A DNA stretch of 40,141 nucleotides from IMG/VR virus record IMGVR_UViG_3300005805_000187, positions 1-40,141 of that record, one strand, 5' to 3'. Below are positions 39,201 to 40,141 of this stretch, piece after piece; positions within the stretch are counted from its first letter, which is position 1, and each line of letters begins with the position of its first letter. The position numbers were made by a program, and so were the translations under genes. The notes under the pieces were generated by a model that was not told the origin of the DNA, did no database searches, and worked only from the letters and a program-made list of their open reading frames with translations. This DNA comes from a virus. Taxonomy: Duplodnaviria; Caudoviricetes.

Positions 39201-40141
39201 TATTATGTTGATGTTTTGAGAGGAAGAGATGGAACAGTACCCATAGCTCATCCCGATGGAAGTAGAATTTTCTTACTTTCTAGAGAAGTTGGAGCTACTT
39301 ATATTTTCCCATCTCCAATTACTGGAACACAAACTAGTTTAAATTTGGGTGAATTTACTGCCCCAATTAGAATTGGAGATTTGTTTAGATTAAATCCGGG
39401 AACAACTGCTGATGAATGGGTTAGAATATCTACAGTTAATTTATCTAATGCTCAAAGATTAACAGTAAATAATGGTGATTTTGGAAACGAGATTGATCCT
39501 AGAGATCCAATTGAAGTATTTAAGGTTGTTAGTACAACTGGTAATACTAGAATTATTGGCGATTTGACAATTGGATATGACACTAATTTGACATCTTTAT
39601 TAGACGATGATGTTGTAAATACAACAAATATTTCACAATTAACCGGACTTAATTCAAATTTATCAACTGGTGGTGGATTAAGTGAGACTGGTGGTGGAAA
39701 TCTTAGAGTTCACAACTCCGTTGAAATTTCCGGTAATCAAATTTCTACCTTACCGGGGAGACAGTATTTCTTAATTACAAATGGACAAGTTCCAAGATTT
39801 TTTGTTGAAACTAATTCTGGAGACACTACATTATTTGGAGGAGCAGACTTAAGAATTTTTGCTGATAATTATTATACTACTGGTGGATGGACAAAAACTA
39901 GAACAAATTCGGCAACTAATCTTAAATTTGAAGTTCTTGGTGATACTGGTAATACAAAAATTGGCGGAACATTGAGGGTTGGTAATGATTTCGATATCGG
40001 AACACTTGTCGATAGTGAAATAATTGAAGGTGGAAGTAATTTCTTTACTTCTAGATTCTCTGTTGATGCTCAAACTGGATCCACGATTGCTGGACAATCT
40101 TTAACAATTACTGGACAACTTAGCGCCACTCCAAGTGCTGG
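30288..40141 (+). CDS. Giant putative virion/tail-fibre protein, partial (>3280 aa), with two phycobiliprotein-like domains
   Basis: ATG 30288 MSLTRLDNLYSSKTGKYLYVSPDD...PFKTIQRA. The same frame reads open at spot checks and at the window end (...GQLSATPSA). The track would have listed it had a stop occurred. Confidence 0.88.
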   Translation, partial: MSLTRLDNLYSSKTGKYLYVSPDDFNATDTLDNRGNSPLRPFKTIQRAFLEVARFSYQPGANNDRFDQFSIMLMPGDHYIDNRPGLVNYSIGGNNVDRNRYYDAGNLIESNKQFIAYEAYAKMLDNNPGFSTPTGLAIDCIDDVLDILDAVIYNIKFGGNDKTFDAALVYQNDPDLIANEQAESLEVYANALEIVKKVIAQAPVEVLYQDSYLTELNIEEPFVQEYDGTILTGPTVYGDLGIDVPYGQVETCADVKSAIDVLFAIIEDGINQNLDLEDRQEPETFGELPVFNFDQETGQWNDTSIVDLRSPDNIYWKFNASTGGAIVPRGCSLVGYDLRRTIVRPLYVPDPADSNQGRTSIFNLTGGCYIWQFTIKDGDLSSNSPLFDAADNVGKVYYQKGNVSTLAVPEYSHHKICIMEYAELKELDAYYEKVGIAFSKYQPTMDDAGEFDSLVQENRIVGPLSDTRSIESIKAIDTNLGQPNQKLVLQVTTKIDHGYFKDQYVAILNTGLDEETNGTFKVASISQTNPRLFTYEIPGKVAAGLGLTANQTYQVGAGLSNNAVAQAEIDSVESASPYVFNCSIRSTWGICGMWADGAKATGFKSMVVAQYTGVSLQKDDRAFIRYDEFTNTWNQASLSDSFATVPYHTKGDAYWKDDWRNFHIRASDDAFVQCVSVFAVGFFDHFLMESGGDMSITNSNSNFGNTSLHSVGYKGFSFNQDKGGYITDIIPPQELSGGYGANPNIASTNSTKIPYYPIDIVASNDLDNKTKLFLGSDSVYDPASRPAATLNGYRIGARPDEKLFLKLEEESPGSGENFSATLTPTGVETFTVGVDFLNPTGISINQKAQDAANLINVNKEFIQDEVYGYITTKYPQLLTDPDLTMSLCRRDVGYYVDAVVQDLKLGGNINTIQAAEAYFVGGQLTYIQNERDQTIDALGVTRDLCIAAMRNWDYLLTGCSSVNNSSIITVPTTQGLVVGMKVASYNSINPSNNSEPAGTPSTTIPANSYVVEIIDGTSFKIGEKGEWKFGTYSYDPSPTNKVATQTVTASGPGTGLKLFFTMRDETASTSQGNVVAVRDGIFSTKRTVYDDTVIQDVINLSSGETECSDVESIIAGYFVDIATILSAPFGEDGVERIEPDTDFSALSKRATIFTVTGGNPHEMETGTPIRLVPKPRPGTNPDPRVVRLPKGFNTNTKYYVISPGRRTSPEDYSSTTAFNGEDQTVFLLASTLENARAGNYIYSPETEAIDPDVIIEINKYIIDQSYDLYQYKGNVAIGAGSGVIETDLSHSFDLPVDGIEPQTVFFRQIDVDTPLPSRTIQIGATSFQVPLDPQDVFYTRYINNNLFAIYTTFEDARDDNNRVILNGSQKFLVFSNKRFSPLKFDPSPISYGVRVNQTGQWYLQVKDETTSPTNIVRRLTIPEDTTYSGSSPSATRSNDTFFERVNDKRIAEDRVYKLRYVIPRYLETVRDPLNGFVLKVRTDTKRRLRPQKLVLKPVNNSFHSTNESYTSTSVATFINNGTFDPTGVFVNTAEKLGRSQTSYTTQSVTPVYDPYINPKIVETKDGKIAFSIQAAKVVTENRIEDGQSVGYKYLEVVAFDHTINNQAIKNERLTVVQITAPDGIGFTANATQNTPSNLIQWSGNSSGTGYLHGYFTTSNITANPKTKDPQRYYLIIKNITDGEINFNSIIPTTFFQGGTTPTGALVTADLIGKPDSIGDPKGKNKAAREDYLYSVQGSNVYTLVPGDVITDDTGNDYYIDSVDDVGEIEDTFYIFDIQEIKERIPGQQDGIYYLICLKGNVSPYPTGPGVGENFRNFKFSQPISYLYPQDYKNDPFWFKQIDSNLNDPPATYSAADNYVHGLVTVNDARYSETKEAVQFMIDNPVLAEYNYDNDIQAGIDARLRAQSGNAVAGAEDRKIPIKGINPYPTDSRLYVELRRPSIARSGNHTFEYLGFGPGNYSTGFPLRQEVILTDKQDFYAQAKRENGGIVFYTGLNSNGDLYIGNKKINGITGEESFLESAELIGSGDEDDQVGDTLVTTFESPVTFNNKITVNGAANFTKPVTIAVDAIDALPPQQSLRIQSLIDSVNLGEDITLSRSSFSNRALGDITLSKNRIQSAIYGINPRGNTAFSGQEYSIRTHYAVESDENGAFTVPRPSNITPEQSPLIFDSGNPLSLSSNKLFSNQQVYYGNINNVPSPGDLLLKGKEVGKSGSLGWIYANTFLDIPNSLIELVATPKRNELDQLVIGAGTGPELTATNLVRLIWKTVDGATTTNNQVSQNYGLTVNSLIRIVGITGDLSNVANGTFTINDGTFSLNSSFIDIEVNSNIASVDILEDWSTYQPDAIVSISNSSWKEVGVIGSEAIRTETNNLGEYKVGINTVARSPHSAYLSGFVDSLTTDPRANLDVVGNIFISGRNISNYRSQSNPSLRTVTNLNNAVLVGGDAYNPNNSSVFRISTTNNGRVGINLTNDQLNGTADATIYNRAFSVQGSSTISGNLRVEQNVEINGAPNSTYNGTYTTANLTSRATTFNLLNTATGNNVTTLNMGGSMTSISMFHNTTGSQTINIGTNAANDTSSTNTTTLNIHTSSRSSIVNLGTVSNVPGNTSRITIGGAIQTRNNSEFLIKNFRTTLEGKLIIRGNGSDTGDVGYIESEGVQTFNMFPEGVKTLNIGQRVGTLNIAGSSGTTTIRNSLNVKGSAKIESDITLDGGLRNSSVGIVRNVFGTISVISATRTNNVTTLITASPHGLSNGQQITVSLSDESFSTTGTVVATVVNSTTITYPNSGLNQSTITLTGRILTGIGNTQSVGNLEENNLNVDYYAVSNQIAPPRRISTVNSEYKLLFDFNYFSENDPVEFLDVGNLTSVAVGTVYYVLSSDATGLILKTSLGGNTPITIGLQSGSTDAGNARMILAFTSVDTQGDSPWGGATFLNPDGSYRLYVNNPSGLAANQYILINTEVLFIQSDPSPLFPYYVDVLRGRDGTVPIAHPDGSRIFLLSREVGATYIFPSPITGTQTSLNLGEFTAPIRIGDLFRLNPGTTADEWVRISTVNLSNAQRLTVNNGDFGNEIDPRDPIEVFKVVSTTGNTRIIGDLTIGYDTNLTSLLDDDVVNTTNISQLTGLNSNLSTGGGLSETGGGNLRVHNSVEISGNQISTLPGRQYFLITNGQVPRFFVETNSGDTTLFGGADLRIFADNYYTTGGWTKTRTNSATNLKFEVLGDTGNTKIGGTLRVGNDFDIGTLVDSEIIEGGSNFFTSRFSVDAQTGSTIAGQSLTITGQLSATPSA

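Noticed and set aside
30288-40141. Apparent 10-kb gene desert with short ORFs on both strands
   Set aside because: It is one unterminated + strand ORF; the short track ORFs are shadows of it.

Overview
This is a 40 kb segment of a T4-like cyanomyovirus genome. It opens with the 3' end of psbA and a run of small hypothetical genes. Metabolic and replication genes follow: glutaredoxin, speD, thyX, a 2OG-Fe(II) oxygenase, phoH, an exonuclease, gp33 and gp32. Next is the baseplate/tail module: gp53, gp48, gp2, gp4, gp54-like, gp26, gp51, two paralogous cell-wall-hydrolase-tipped proteins, a hub protein and gp5. An 11-tRNA cluster is split by cpcT/cpeT and an HNH gene and carries several non-tRNA structured RNAs. 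After a methyltransferase comes a giant late ORF (30288 to beyond the window, >3280 aa) that the ORF track misses. The top observation is that this giant putative virion protein contains two phycobiliprotein-like domains retaining Cys residues equivalent to both bilin attachment sites (82/84 and beta-153/155), about 2 kb from a T-type bilin lyase. This suggests a phage that chromophorylates its own structural protein. Also notable are an NtcA box/glutamine riboswitch/DUF4278 nitrogen-sensing cassette, a duplicated 68-bp intergenic element and a fixed-spacing promoter motif. All homology calls are by eye from remembered family motifs; no searches were run.
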